Below the pieces are notes generated by a model. The model saw only the letters and a list, made by a program, of their open reading frames with translations. It searched no databases and was not told the origin of the DNA. Positions 1 to 12,015 of a DNA stretch of 64,000 bases are shown one piece after another. Every line of letters begins with the position of its first letter. Position 1 is the stretch's first letter. The DNA lies in NCBI GenBank assembly GCA_024281095.1, contig JAMXLJ010000081.1, forward strand, positions 1,361 through 65,360, read 5' to 3'. A program made the position numbers and the translations under genes. The DNA comes from Acidimicrobiia bacterium (GTDB taxonomy: Bacteria > Actinomycetota > Acidimicrobiia > IMCC26256 > JAMXLJ01).

Positions 1-65
1 CCGAGTTCGGTGGCACGCGGATCGTGGACCTGTTGATCGGCGATCCCCTGCCGCGCATCTGCTGA
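1..65 (+). CDS. hypE: 3' end of hydrogenase maturation protein HypE (partial; the gene continues upstream of the window)
   Basis: Frame 3 reads EFGGTRIVDLLIGDPLPRIC*. A C-terminal PRIC ending in Cys is the hallmark HypE tail. hypF lies about 400 bp away. Confidence 0.7.
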   Translation, partial: EFGGTRIVDLLIGDPLPRIC

Positions 66-108
66 GAGGGCTCCGGGGAAAGAACGACTCGACGACGGGA
101 GGACGACC

Positions 109-453
109 ATGGCTGCAGACACGTCGCTCGGGGACGGCGAGAACCAGAGCGGTTTCCTCGCTTCCGGCGCCTCCAGCGCGCGGCAGGGAGGCGATCGGGC
201 GTTCGAGGGACAGGGGACGCAGGGCGCGTCCCGTGGTCACGTGATCGTCAAGCCCGATCCCGCGACCCGCTTCGTCGGCCAGAGCGTGAACCAGCAGGGC
301 AACACGCTCGCACTGAGGAAGCGCGAGCCCGGTCGCATCTGGCGCAAGCTCCAGGGGGCGGACCGTCCCGCCGCGTTCTCGAGCGCCCGCTTCGTGACCG
401 GCGTCAACCCCGAGGACCCGATCAACGACTCCCCGTACTGGCCCCGCGCCTGA
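109..453 (+). CDS. hypothetical protein (114 aa) downstream of hypE
   Basis: The ATG is preceded by GGGAGGA, and codon third positions are strongly G/C. I recognise no family. Confidence 0.45.
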   Translation: MAADTSLGDGENQSGFLASGASSARQGGDRAFEGQGTQGASRGHVIVKPDPATRFVGQSVNQQGNTLALRKREPGRIWRKLQGADRPAAFSSARFVTGVNPEDPINDSPYWPRA

Positions 454-472
454 CCCACCGAGGCGTAGCGGG

Positions 473-2758
473 TCAGCTGGTGCGGGCGGCCGCGACCGCG
501 ACCTGGCCGAGACTGATCCCGCCGTCGTTGGGCGGCACGCGCGAGTGCACCAACACGTCGAGCCCGGCGCGTTTCAGTCGCGCCACTGCCCGCTCGAGCA
601 GCAACACGTTCTGGAACACGCCGCCCGAGAGCGCGACGCGCTCCACGCCGGTGCGGTCCCGTGCTTCGACCGCGACGCGCGCGACGAGGGCGGCCACACC
701 GTTGTGGAATCGGGCCGCGATCACCGGCACGGGCGTCCCGTCGAGCAGGTCCTCGACCGCGCCCCGCACGAGCTCTCCGGACCGGATCACGAGCCCGCCG
801 TCGTCGTGGGTCGGCGCATCGTACGCACCGGGCTCGTTCGGATCGGCGTGCTGCTCGAGCTCGATGGCCGCCTGCCCTTCGTAGCTCACGGTGTCGCGCA
901 CGCCGAGCAGCGCCGCGACCGCGTCGAAGAGGCGGCCGGCACTCGACGTGAGCGGTGAGTTGATCCCCGAGGCCGCGACGGCCAGCACGTCGCGCCACTG
1001 GCCCAAGTTGCGCGTCTTCACGTCGAGGCTGGAAGGCACCGCGTCGCCGTAGACGCCGTCGAGGTACGCGGCGGCCATCCGCCACGGTTCACGGATCGCC
1101 GCAGTTCCGCCCGGCATCGCCACGGTCGCGAGGTGCCCGATCCGCTCGGCGTCGCGCAAGTCGGCGAGAAGGACCTCGCCTCCCCAGATCGTCCCGTCCG
1201 TGCCGTAGCCCAGGCCGTCGAAGGCGATGCCGATCACCGGCTGGTCGACGCCGTTGTCGGCCAGGCACGACGCGATGTGCGCGTGATGGTGCTGCACCCC
1301 GACGAGCTCCACACCATCCAGGTCAGCGCGCGTCGACGCGTACTTGGTCGACAGATACTCCGGATGCAGGTCGTGGGCGACGACCTCCGGCCGCACGTCG
1401 AACAAGCGGCAGAAGTGCGCGATCCCGTCGGTGTACGCCTGCAGTGTCTCGTAGTTCTCGAGATCACCCATGTGCTGCGATACGAACGCGTGGGGCCCCT
1501 TCGCGACGCAGAACGTGTTCTTCAGCTCGGCGCCGCACCCGAGTACGTGCCGGGCGACGGGGTGCGCGAGCACGACCGGCTCGGGCGCGTACCCCCGCGA
1601 CCGGCGCAGCAGCATCTCGCGTCCACCGAAGACGCGGGCGACGGAGTCGTCGGCGCGGATGTGAATGGGCCGGTCGTGCACGAGGAACGCGTCGGCGATC
1701 CACCGCAGCCGCGCCCGCGCGTCGCCGTCGTCGGTGACGATCGGCTCGTCCGACACGTTGCCGCTCGTCAGCACCAGCGGCGCGTCGACCGCGGCGAGGA
1801 GCAGGTGGTGCAGCGGCGTGTAGGGCAGCATGAGCCCGAGCGCGCGGTTTCCTGGCGCGACGGCCGGGGCCACGGGTGCCCCCGGGCGCCGTGCCAGCAA
1901 CACGATCGGCCGGCGGGGGCTCGCGAGCACCCGGGCCGCCTCGTCGTCGACCGCGCACAGGCGCCGCGCCGCGTCGAGGTCGCCGACCATGACCGCGAAC
2001 GGCTTCTCCTCGCGGTGCTTGCGCGCTCGGAGCGCGCCGACGGCGTCGTCGGAGGACGCCAGCGCGGCGAGGTGGTATCCGCCGAGGCCCTTCACCGCGA
2101 CGACGGCATCCCCGCGCAGCAGCCCGGCCGCCACGTGAAGCGGCTCACCGCAAAGGACCGTCCCGGAGGCGTCGACGAGGCGCAGCGCGGGCCCGCACGA
2201 GGGGCAGCACACGGGCTCGGCGTGGAACCGGCGATCGGCCGGATCGCGGTACTCGTGCCGGCATTTGTCGCACATGACGAAGCGCGCCATCGTCGTGTTG
2301 ACGCGGTCGTACGGGACGTCGGCCACGATCGTGAATCGCGGGCCGCAGTTGGTGCAGTTCACGAACGGGTACCCGAAACGTCGGTCGTCGGGATCCGCGA
2401 GCTCCTGCAGGCAGTCGGGGCACGTGGCCGTGTCGGGCGACACCAGCGCGGCGCGGGGCCCGACCCCGTCGCTCGCGTCGATGACGAAGGTCTCGTCGCC
2501 GAACGGCTCGAGTGCCTCCGTCGTGATGCGCTCGACCACCGCCATCGGCGGGCCCCCGGAGCGGAGTTGTGCGACGAAGGCCGCGACCACCTCCGCGTCG
2601 CCCTCCACCTCGATGAGCACGCCGCGGACGTCGTTGCGCACAGAGCCGGCGAGGCCCAGGCGGGTCGCGAGGCCGTGCACGAACGGACGAAAGCCGACGC
2701 CCTGAACGACGCCCTCCACGCGCAGGCGCACCCTCGAACGCGTTCGCTCCGGAAGCAC
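473..2758 (-). CDS. hypF: [NiFe]-hydrogenase maturation carbamoyltransferase HypF
   Basis: It has an acylphosphatase domain (VRLRVEGVVQGVGFRPFV), two zinc-finger pairs (CPDCLQEL..CTNCGPRF and CDKCRHEY..CPSCGP), a YrdC-like segment and a Kae1-like C-terminus. The ORF is open to 2881. I place the start at the GTG at 2758, giving 761 aa, just before the acylphosphatase domain. That start is uncertain. Confidence 0.9.
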   Translation of the reverse strand: MLPERTRSRVRLRVEGVVQGVGFRPFVHGLATRLGLAGSVRNDVRGVLIEVEGDAEVVAAFVAQLRSGGPPMAVVERITTEALEPFGDETFVIDASDGVGPRAALVSPDTATCPDCLQELADPDDRRFGYPFVNCTNCGPRFTIVADVPYDRVNTTMARFVMCDKCRHEYRDPADRRFHAEPVCCPSCGPALRLVDASGTVLCGEPLHVAAGLLRGDAVVAVKGLGGYHLAALASSDDAVGALRARKHREEKPFAVMVGDLDAARRLCAVDDEAARVLASPRRPIVLLARRPGAPVAPAVAPGNRALGLMLPYTPLHHLLLAAVDAPLVLTSGNVSDEPIVTDDGDARARLRWIADAFLVHDRPIHIRADDSVARVFGGREMLLRRSRGYAPEPVVLAHPVARHVLGCGAELKNTFCVAKGPHAFVSQHMGDLENYETLQAYTDGIAHFCRLFDVRPEVVAHDLHPEYLSTKYASTRADLDGVELVGVQHHHAHIASCLADNGVDQPVIGIAFDGLGYGTDGTIWGGEVLLADLRDAERIGHLATVAMPGGTAAIREPWRMAAAYLDGVYGDAVPSSLDVKTRNLGQWRDVLAVAASGINSPLTSSAGRLFDAVAALLGVRDTVSYEGQAAIELEQHADPNEPGAYDAPTHDDGGLVIRSGELVRGAVEDLLDGTPVPVIAARFHNGVAALVARVAVEARDRTGVERVALSGGVFQNVLLLERAVARLKRAGLDVLVHSRVPPNDGGISLGQVAVAAARTS

Positions 2759-2837
2759 CCGTCCCTCAGGAGTCCGTCGGGGCCCGATCGCGGCCCCGCC
2801 GGCGGGCCCGACCCGGCCGCCGGTCTCCCGGGAGTAT

Positions 2838-3329
2838 CTACCCCTCGGCGCTCGCCCGCACGGCCTTGCGGCTTGTCGCACCGTTGACCCCGCGCGACCG
2901 CAGCGCCCGGCAGTGCGGACAGGTGTCGCCCGCGTCGCGGCAGCGGATCTTGCGGGCGTGCTCGCGGTCCAGGCCGGGGCAGTCGCCGTCGAGGCTGCAC
3001 CGCACGGCCACGTCGTCGAGGTGGCGCACGAGCGTCCCGGAGCAGCGGAGACTCAGCCGCAACGACACGCTGTTGGTGACCTCCATACGCGAGTGCGCAC
3101 GACGCTGCCGCAGCCGCTGCCAGCACTGCTCCACTTCGCGGTCGAGGCCGGCGAGGCGCGTGCGCCCGTCGTCGTCGAGGCCACCCGCGACCGAAGCGGA
3201 CCACAGGTGGTCGCGTTCGGCGCGCAGGTCCGACAGGCGCCCGAAGAGGTCGCCTTCGTCCTCGCTCACGACCTCGCTTCGCAAATCTTCGGACCGGCCG
3301 GTCGAGGCTCTCGGCGTCATCTGCAGCAC
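2838..3329 (-). CDS. DUF2630-like protein with a C-terminal Cys-rich extension
   Basis: The N-terminal half (DLFGRLSDLRAERDHLW...LDREVEQCWQRLRQRRA) matches my recollection of the DUF2630 pattern (..LDQCWDLLRQRRA). The C-terminal ~85 aa carry 7 Cys, including CPHC, in a frame with G/C-rich third positions. An alternative ATG start lies at 3320. Confidence 0.6.
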   Translation of the reverse strand: MLQMTPRASTGRSEDLRSEVVSEDEGDLFGRLSDLRAERDHLWSASVAGGLDDDGRTRLAGLDREVEQCWQRLRQRRAHSRMEVTNSVSLRLSLRCSGTLVRHLDDVAVRCSLDGDCPGLDREHARKIRCRDAGDTCPHCRALRSRGVNGATSRKAVRASAEG

Positions 3330-3454
3330 TCCGACAGTCGTGTGCGAACCATCGACGCAGTATGCGAAGTGCGCCGCCCGGCGTTCATCCCGTGCACGCG
3401 TAGTTCATCGGCAGGGCTGCGACCCCACGCCGGGCGCCCACGCCAGGCGCGTCG

Positions 3455-3502
3455 CCTGCAGAACTACGTGCCTGCAGAACTACGTGCCTGCAGAACTACG
3501 TG
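3455..3502. repeat. Three perfect tandem copies of the 16-mer CCTGCAGAACTACGTG, upstream of dnaK
   Basis: Read directly from the sequence: copies at 3455-3470, 3471-3486 and 3487-3502. A degenerate inverted copy lies at 3395-3415. Confidence 0.95.
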
Positions 3503-3607
3503 ATCGCGTGGTGAGTTTCCACCGCTCGGTGGCGAGGCTCTTATGGAGCCAGCCGACACGGAGACGGATCGGGCGACGTCTCGCGCGCCCGCGAGGGAGG
3601 AGACACG

Positions 3608-5527
3608 ATGGCCAAGGCAGTCGGTATCGACCTCGGAACCACGAACTCCGTCATCGCAACGATCGAGTCCGGACAACCCACCGTCATCCCGAACGCAGAA
3701 GGTTCGCGGACGACGCCGTCCGTGGTCGCGTACCTCGAGAACGGCGAACGGCTCGTCGGTCAGTTGGCGAAGCGGCAGGCCATCCTCAACCCGAAGGGCA
3801 CGATCTACTCGGCCAAACGCTTCATCGGACGGCGGTTCGACGAGGTGCGCAACGAGGTGGCGACGGTCACCTTCGACGTCGTGGAGGGACCCGACGGGAC
3901 CGTGCGCTTCAAGGTGCGCGACAAGTTGGTCTCGCCGGAGGAAGTGTCTGCCCTCGTCCTGCGCAAGCTTGCGGACGACGCGGGCAAGTTCCTCGGCGAG
4001 CGCGTCACCGAGGCCGTCATCACGGTGCCCGCGTACTTCAACGACGCGCAACGACAGGCGACGCGTGATGCGGGCCGAATCGCCGGGCTCGAGGTGCTGC
4101 GGATCATCAACGAGCCGACTGCGGCGGCGCTCGCGTACGGCCTCGACAAGAAGTCGAACGAGACCGTGCTCGTGTTCGACCTCGGCGGCGGCACCTTCGA
4201 CGTGAGCATCCTGGACGTCGGCGACGGCGTGGTCGAGGTACGCGCGACGTCCGGCGACACCCACCTCGGCGGCGACGACTTCGACCGTCGGCTCGTCGAC
4301 TACATGGCCGACGAGTTCAAGCGCGAGAACGGCATCGACCTGCGCCAGGACGCGCAGGCCCTGCAGCGCCTGGCCGAGGCGGCCGAGCGAGCGAAGATCG
4401 AGCTGTCGTCAGTCACGCAGACCCAGGTGAACCTGCCGTTCATCACGGCGGACGCGAACGGCCCCAAGCACCTCGTCATGACGGTCACGCGCGCCACGTT
4501 CGAGCAGCTGACCCAGGATCTCCTCGAGCGCTGCCTCGGCCCGGTGCAGCAGGCGATGGCGGACGCGAAGGTGACCGCGGACGACATCGACGAGGTCATC
4601 CTCGTCGGCGGGTCGACCCGCATGCCGGCGGTGCAGAGCCTCGTGCGCCGGCTGACGGGCGGCAAGGACCCGAACATGACGGTGAACCCGGACGAAGTGG
4701 TCGCTGTGGGCGCCGCGATCCAGGCCGGCGTGCTCAAGGGCGAGGTCCAGGACGTGTTGCTCCTCGACGTGACGCCGCTGTCGCTCGGACTCGAGACCCT
4801 CGGCGGTGTGAACACACGCGTCATCGAGCGCAACACGACGATCCCCGCCCGGCGAACGGAGACGTTCAGCACCGCGGAGGACAACCAGTCCGCAGTAGAC
4901 ATCGTCGTGCTGCAAGGTGAGCGCGAACGCGCCGCCGACAACCGCGCACTCGGCCGCTTCCGCTTGGAGGGCATCCGGCCGGCGCGCCGCGGTGAGCCGC
5001 AGGTCGACGTGACGTTCGACATCGACGCCAACGGCATCGTGAACGTCTCCGCGCGTGACAAGGACACCGGCGCGGAGCAGCGGATCACGATCAGCGAGAG
5101 CTCGAACCTCGACGCCGGCGAAGTCGAGCGGATGGTGCAGGACGCAGAGCGCAACCGCGCCGAGGACCAGCGCCTGCGCCAGGAGGTGGACGCACGCAAC
5201 GAGCTCGACAGCACCGCGTACCAAGTCGAGCGGCGGCTGAACGAGCTCGGTGACCGTGTGCCGGCACACGAGCGGTCGCGTGCCGAGATGCTCATCGCGG
5301 ACGCGCGCCAGGCCGTGCGCGACCAGGCGCCGATCGACCGCGTGCGTGAGCTCACGAGCGAGCTGCAGCAGATCTTCCACTCGCTGCAGGCCGCCGCGGG
5401 TGCGGGCGGCGCGGGCGGCGCGGGTGCAGGCGGCGCGGGCGGCGGCCAGCAGCAGAGAGACGGAGGCGGCCCGGCACCGGGATCCGGCGACGACGACGTG
5501 ATCGACGCCGACTTCACGGTGAGCTGA
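3608..5527 (+). CDS. dnaK: molecular chaperone DnaK (Hsp70)
   Basis: Motifs [20 protein letters not shown] and [11 protein letters not shown], plus a Gly/Ala-rich acidic tail. Length is 639 aa. Confidence 0.98.
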   Translation: MAKAVGIDLGTTNSVIATIESGQPTVIPNAEGSRTTPSVVAYLENGERLVGQLAKRQAILNPKGTIYSAKRFIGRRFDEVRNEVATVTFDVVEGPDGTVRFKVRDKLVSPEEVSALVLRKLADDAGKFLGERVTEAVITVPAYFNDAQRQATRDAGRIAGLEVLRIINEPTAAALAYGLDKKSNETVLVFDLGGGTFDVSILDVGDGVVEVRATSGDTHLGGDDFDRRLVDYMADEFKRENGIDLRQDAQALQRLAEAAERAKIELSSVTQTQVNLPFITADANGPKHLVMTVTRATFEQLTQDLLERCLGPVQQAMADAKVTADDIDEVILVGGSTRMPAVQSLVRRLTGGKDPNMTVNPDEVVAVGAAIQAGVLKGEVQDVLLLDVTPLSLGLETLGGVNTRVIERNTTIPARRTETFSTAEDNQSAVDIVVLQGERERAADNRALGRFRLEGIRPARRGEPQVDVTFDIDANGIVNVSARDKDTGAEQRITISESSNLDAGEVERMVQDAERNRAEDQRLRQEVDARNELDSTAYQVERRLNELGDRVPAHERSRAEMLIADARQAVRDQAPIDRVRELTSELQQIFHSLQAAAGAGGAGGAGAGGAGGGQQQRDGGGPAPGSGDDDVIDADFTVS

Positions 5528-5546
5528 CGGCGCAGGGCGGATCGAC

Positions 5547-6089
5547 ATGAGCGAGAGCACCGCGAACGACGGAGAAGGCGCGGCACCGGGCGTCGCGGCG
5601 GCCGCCGACCGCAACCTTCCCGAGCCGCAGCACGGCGACGCGGGGTCGGGTGCGCCGCCCGACCAGGTGGTGGCCCGGCTCGAGGATCAACTGACGCGCG
5701 CGCTCGCCGACCTCGACAACCTGCGGAAGCGCTACGCGCGCGAGCTCGCGCACGCGCGCGCCGACGAGCGGGTCCGCACCGCGGGCGAGTGGCTGCCCGT
5801 CGTCGACAACCTCGAGCTCGCGCTGCAGCACGCGGCCGGGGCCGACGACCCGCTCGTCCAGGGCATCCGCGCCGTGTTGGAACAGGCGGTCGCGGTGCTG
5901 AGCCGACTTGGGTTCCCGCGCTTCGACGACGTCGGCGAGCAGTTCGACCCAATGCGCGACGAGGCGGTCAGCACGGTCGAGGCCGACGCACCGGAGCGCA
6001 CGGTGGTGGCCGCGGTGCGTCCCGGCTACGGCCGCGACGAGTCGATCCTTCGACCCGCCGGCGTCGTGGTGTCGAGGGCGCGCGAGTAA
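5547..6089 (+). CDS. grpE: nucleotide exchange factor GrpE
   Basis: Contains ALADLDNLRKRYARE and a C-terminal GY..RD..LRPA.V.V motif. It sits between dnaK and the J-protein gene. Confidence 0.95.
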   Translation: MSESTANDGEGAAPGVAAAADRNLPEPQHGDAGSGAPPDQVVARLEDQLTRALADLDNLRKRYARELAHARADERVRTAGEWLPVVDNLELALQHAAGADDPLVQGIRAVLEQAVAVLSRLGFPRFDDVGEQFDPMRDEAVSTVEADAPERTVVAAVRPGYGRDESILRPAGVVVSRARE

Positions 6090-7117
6090 TGGCCGACCGG
6101 CGCGACTACTACGACGTCCTCGGAGTCGCGCGCACCGCACCGCAGGAAGACATCCAACGCTCCTATCGCAAGCTCGCCCGCCAGTACCACCCCGACGTCA
6201 ACAAGGACCCCGGCGCCGAGGACCGGTTCAAGGAGATCGCCGAGGCCTACAACGTGCTCTCCGACCCGGAGACCCGGCGCCGTTACGACGCGTTCGGCCA
6301 CGACTTCCGTCAGGTGCCCGAAGGCGTCGATCCCGAGACGTGGGCCCGCGCGCGTGCCGGTGCAGGCGCGCGCGCCGGGGCGGGCGCCGGCGGCGGCGCG
6401 CGTGGGAGGCGCGGCGGTGGGCGGCGACGCTCCGGTTTCGGCGCTGGCCCTGGGGAGGGATTCGGCTCCGGCGACACCACGTGGGAGTTCAGCGGGTTCG
6501 GCGACGCGGGCGACATCGACCTCGACGACATCTTCGGGGGCATCTTCGGCGGCCGGGCCGGGGGACGCGGCTTCGGGCCGATGCCGGGCGCCGACCAGGA
6601 GGCCGAGATCACGCTGAGCGTCGAGGAGGCATACCGCGGCGGGCGGCACGCGATCACGCTCCAGGGTCCCGAGGGTCCCCGAAACCTCGAGGTCGACATC
6701 CCGGCCGGTGTGGTCGACGGCCAGCGCATCCGCCTGGCGGGGCAGGGCGGCCAGGGCGCGGGCGGTGCGCCGGGCGATCTCTATCTCGTGGTGCGGATCG
6801 CACCCGACCCGCGGTACCGCCTCGACGGCCGTGACATCTCCGTCGAACTTCGCGTCTCGCCCTGGGAGGCGGTGCTCGGCACGACCGTCGCGCTCGACAC
6901 GCCCGGCGGTGAGGCGAAGGTGCGGGTGCCGCCCGGCTCGTCGAGCGGACGCAAGCTGCGACTGAAGGGACGGGGCATGCCGAACCCGCGCGGCGGCTCG
7001 GGCGATCTCTACGCGGAGGTGCGGATCATGGTGCCGTCGCGTCCGACGCCCGACGAGGTCCGCCTCTTCGAGCAGCTCGCGTCGGTCTCGACCTTCGACC
7101 CTCGGAGGAAGCGGTGA
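6089..7117 (+). CDS. cbpA: J-domain co-chaperone, DnaJ/CbpA-like (no zinc-finger domain)
   Basis: J domain (DYYDVLGV...YRKLARQYHPDVNKDPGAEDRFKEI), a G/F-rich linker and two C-terminal beta domains. There is no CxxCxGxG repeat and no Cys at all. The ATG overlaps the grpE stop (TAATG). The longer ORF from 5789 is an out-of-context extension. Confidence 0.9.
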   Translation: MADRRDYYDVLGVARTAPQEDIQRSYRKLARQYHPDVNKDPGAEDRFKEIAEAYNVLSDPETRRRYDAFGHDFRQVPEGVDPETWARARAGAGARAGAGAGGGARGRRGGGRRRSGFGAGPGEGFGSGDTTWEFSGFGDAGDIDLDDIFGGIFGGRAGGRGFGPMPGADQEAEITLSVEEAYRGGRHAITLQGPEGPRNLEVDIPAGVVDGQRIRLAGQGGQGAGGAPGDLYLVVRIAPDPRYRLDGRDISVELRVSPWEAVLGTTVALDTPGGEAKVRVPPGSSSGRKLRLKGRGMPNPRGGSGDLYAEVRIMVPSRPTPDEVRLFEQLASVSTFDPRRKR

Positions 7118-7427
7118 GCCTCGTGGTCACGACCCGTCGCACACGTCGCGGCCTGCTCGACGTCGACTCGTTCGCGCGCGCCGCGAACATCCATCCGGAG
7201 ATGGCGCGCCGTCTGATCACTCTCGGGCTCGTCGACGCGTCCCGTGACGCGCGCGGCGAGCTGTGGATCCCTCGCTCACAGGTCGCCGTCGTCGGCCGAA
7301 TTCAGCGGCTGCGCGCCGGGTTCGGCATGAACTACGCGGCGATCGGCCTCGTCCTCGACCTGCTCGACCGCATCGCCGTGCTGGAAGCCGCGCTGCGCAA
7401 GCGCCCGAACACCTCCGGAGGATCACC

Positions 7428-7446
<19 letters not shown>
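7114..7446 (+). CDS. MerR-type HTH protein, HspR/CbpM-like regulator of the chaperone operon
   Basis: 110 aa, with a helix-turn-helix-like segment ([21 protein letters not shown]) and a coiled tail ([17 protein letters not shown]). The GTG start overlaps the J-protein stop (GTGA). Its position matches hspR/cbpM in known operons. Confidence 0.7.
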
Positions 7447-10073
<2,627 letters not shown>

Positions 10074-10097
10074 CGAAGCGCTGACGACACGAGCGTC

Positions 10098-11153
10098 CTA
10101 GGACGCGAGCGCGTCCGCCGTGCGGTCGCACCGGCGACGGTCGAGCACGCGCTCGTACATCTCGACGTGGTCGTCGACGAAGCGATCGGCAGAGAACCGT
10201 CGCTCGACCGCGCGGCGGCACTCCGCACGCGCGATCTGATGCACACTGCGCACCGCGTCGACGAGCTCCTCCTCGCCGGCACGCAGGAATCCCGTCATGC
10301 CGTCGTCGACGATCTCGGGTGCTGCGCCGCACGGTGTCGCGACGACCGGAGTGCCGCACGCGAGCGCCTCGATCATCACCATCCCGAACGGCTCGGGCCA
10401 CGCGACCGGGTTGAGCAGGCACGCGGCCTTGCCGAGGAGACCGAGCTTCTCTTCGCCGCCGACGTCGCCGAGGTACTCCACTTCGCCGCCGAGAAGCGGC
10501 TCCACAGCGTTCTCGAAGTACGCGCGTTCCGCCGGCTCGCTCATCTTCGCCGCGATCCGCAGCGGCACGCCGGCGGCTCTCGCGACCCCGATCGCCGTGT
10601 GCACGCCCTTGTCGGGGCTGAACCGTCCCATGAACAGCGCGTAGCGTCCATTGCCGTCGCCCGGCGGGTACGCATCGAGGTCGACTCCGTGGTGAATCAC
10701 CGTGGCGATCGGCACATCACCGGCGGTCGACGCCTGATGGCGCGAGATCGCGACGAGCGGCACTCGCCTGGACGTGATGCGGTAGAGCGCCTGCGACTCC
10801 TCGTTGAACGGTCCGTGGTTGGTCGTGACGACCGTCGCGGGGACCGACCGCTGCGATGCGTACAACGGCCCGACGAGGGTGTGGTCGTGCACGACGTCGA
10901 ACCGATCGGCGGCCTCGTACGCGTCGACCACGTGACGCAGCTCCGTGATCGTCGCGGCCCCGTCGAGCTTCGCAGCTCCGTCGTACGTCCACGAACGCCT
11001 CACCGGGCAGGTGCTGTCACCTGTGGTGTGCAGCAAGACGTCGTGCCCCCGCGCGGCCAGGCCGCGCGCCAAGGTGTCGACCACGGCCTCGATGCCGCCG
11101 TACGCAACCGGCGGCACCGGCAGCCACGGAGGCGCGATGAGCAGGATCCGCAC
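10098..11153 (-). CDS. glycosyltransferase, family 4 (GT-B fold)
   Basis: N-terminus MRILLIAPPWLPVPPVAYGGIE and a C-terminal EPFGMVMIEALACGTPVVAT motif. Confidence 0.85.
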   Translation of the reverse strand: MRILLIAPPWLPVPPVAYGGIEAVVDTLARGLAARGHDVLLHTTGDSTCPVRRSWTYDGAAKLDGAATITELRHVVDAYEAADRFDVVHDHTLVGPLYASQRSVPATVVTTNHGPFNEESQALYRITSRRVPLVAISRHQASTAGDVPIATVIHHGVDLDAYPPGDGNGRYALFMGRFSPDKGVHTAIGVARAAGVPLRIAAKMSEPAERAYFENAVEPLLGGEVEYLGDVGGEEKLGLLGKAACLLNPVAWPEPFGMVMIEALACGTPVVATPCGAAPEIVDDGMTGFLRAGEEELVDAVRSVHQIARAECRRAVERRFSADRFVDDHVEMYERVLDRRRCDRTADALAS

Positions 11154-11186
11154 GGCGGCGTCCTTCGTCTGCTGGTCGAGCCGGCG

Positions 11187-11843
11187 TCAGGCCGCGACGG
11201 CTTCAACAGTCAGGTAGTTGTGCACCGCGGTGACACCGGGTACCGACCACGCCGCTTTCTCCGCCGCGTGACGCTCCGCCCACGAGCGGACACGGCCGCT
11301 CAGGGTGACCTCGCTGCCGTTCACGGCGACGTCGATGTGCTGCGCGTCGATCGCAGCTTCGCGTTCGAACGCTTCTTCGATCTTGCGGCGCACGTCGCTC
11401 GGTTCCACACGCGGCTTCACGACGATCAGGTTCGAGATCCCTTTGACGCCCGGAAGATTGCGGACGGCCCGTTCCGCCGCGCGGCGCTGGTACTCCCACT
11501 CGACGTCCCCTTCGAGCGTGAGCCACCCGTTCTCGACGCGGACCTTGATCCGGTCGGACGGTACGAGCACGTTCCACTTCAAGACGTCGGCCGCCGCACG
11601 AGCGATGTCGGTGTCGCTGCGCTCGGTCGCCGGCTTCACCTCGAGCTCGTCGACGACGCCGCGCACGCCCGAGACGCGTTCGACGGTGCGCTCGGCCTGC
11701 CATTTCTCCGCGTACGAGCGCACCTCGCCCGTGAGCGTCACGATCCCGTCGAGCACCGCGACTCCGATGCGTCGCTCGTCGACGCTGGGTTCGAGCTCCA
11801 ACTCGCGTTCTACATCGCGCCGAAGCTCACTGTCGGTCTTCAT
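11187..11843 (-). CDS. BON domain-containing protein (three BON repeats, OsmY-like)
   Basis: A pattern of the form V.V..G.VTL.G.V.S..E...AE.A....GV..V.N.L.V repeats three times. The ATG at 11843 follows GGAGGAGAG. The ORF upstream to 12542 is spurious. Confidence 0.85.
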   Translation of the reverse strand: MKTDSELRRDVERELELEPSVDERRIGVAVLDGIVTLTGEVRSYAEKWQAERTVERVSGVRGVVDELEVKPATERSDTDIARAAADVLKWNVLVPSDRIKVRVENGWLTLEGDVEWEYQRRAAERAVRNLPGVKGISNLIVVKPRVEPSDVRRKIEEAFEREAAIDAQHIDVAVNGSEVTLSGRVRSWAERHAAEKAAWSVPGVTAVHNYLTVEAVAA

Positions 11844-12015
11844 GGCTCTCCTCCACGGCGCTCGACACTCGATGCGGCGAGCCCGCACCGCGCGCACAAC
11901 CATCACGAATGTTCCGAGCCGTCGCGGCGCAGACGCCTTGCCTTGAGTATGTTCACCGGCCGAGACCGCGGAACCACGTGGACGCGTAGTTCGCCAGGCC
12001 CGGTCAGTTGCCTGG

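Noticed and set aside
3323-3348. CIRCE-like sequence GCAGCACTC-N8-GTGTGCGAA about 260 nt upstream of dnaK.
   Set aside because: Each half matches TTAGCACTC / GAGTGCTAA at only 7 of 9 positions. The spacer is 8 nt rather than 9. It overlaps the start of the divergent DUF2630-like gene, and no hrcA is in the window. This is too weak to call.
3510-3530. HAIR-like sequence GTGAGT-TTCCACC-GCTCGGT upstream of dnaK, and an isolated CTTGAGT half-site at 11942-11948 upstream of the BON gene.
   Set aside because: The right arm does not match ACTCAAG, and the second locus has only one half-site. Neither is a credible HspR operator.
4300-5952. Very long antisense or out-of-frame ORFs. Examples: 4300-5952(-) opposite dnaK, 1133-2887(+) opposite hypF, 7455-8984(-) opposite clpB, 13057-15249(-), 15883-17364(-), 20646-23627(-), 10167-12137(+), 55069-56652(+).
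   Set aside because: Their translations are Arg/Ala/Pro/Gly-rich low-complexity strings with no motifs. Each lies opposite a gene with unmistakable family signatures. This is the expected artefact of stop-codon depletion in very GC-rich DNA.
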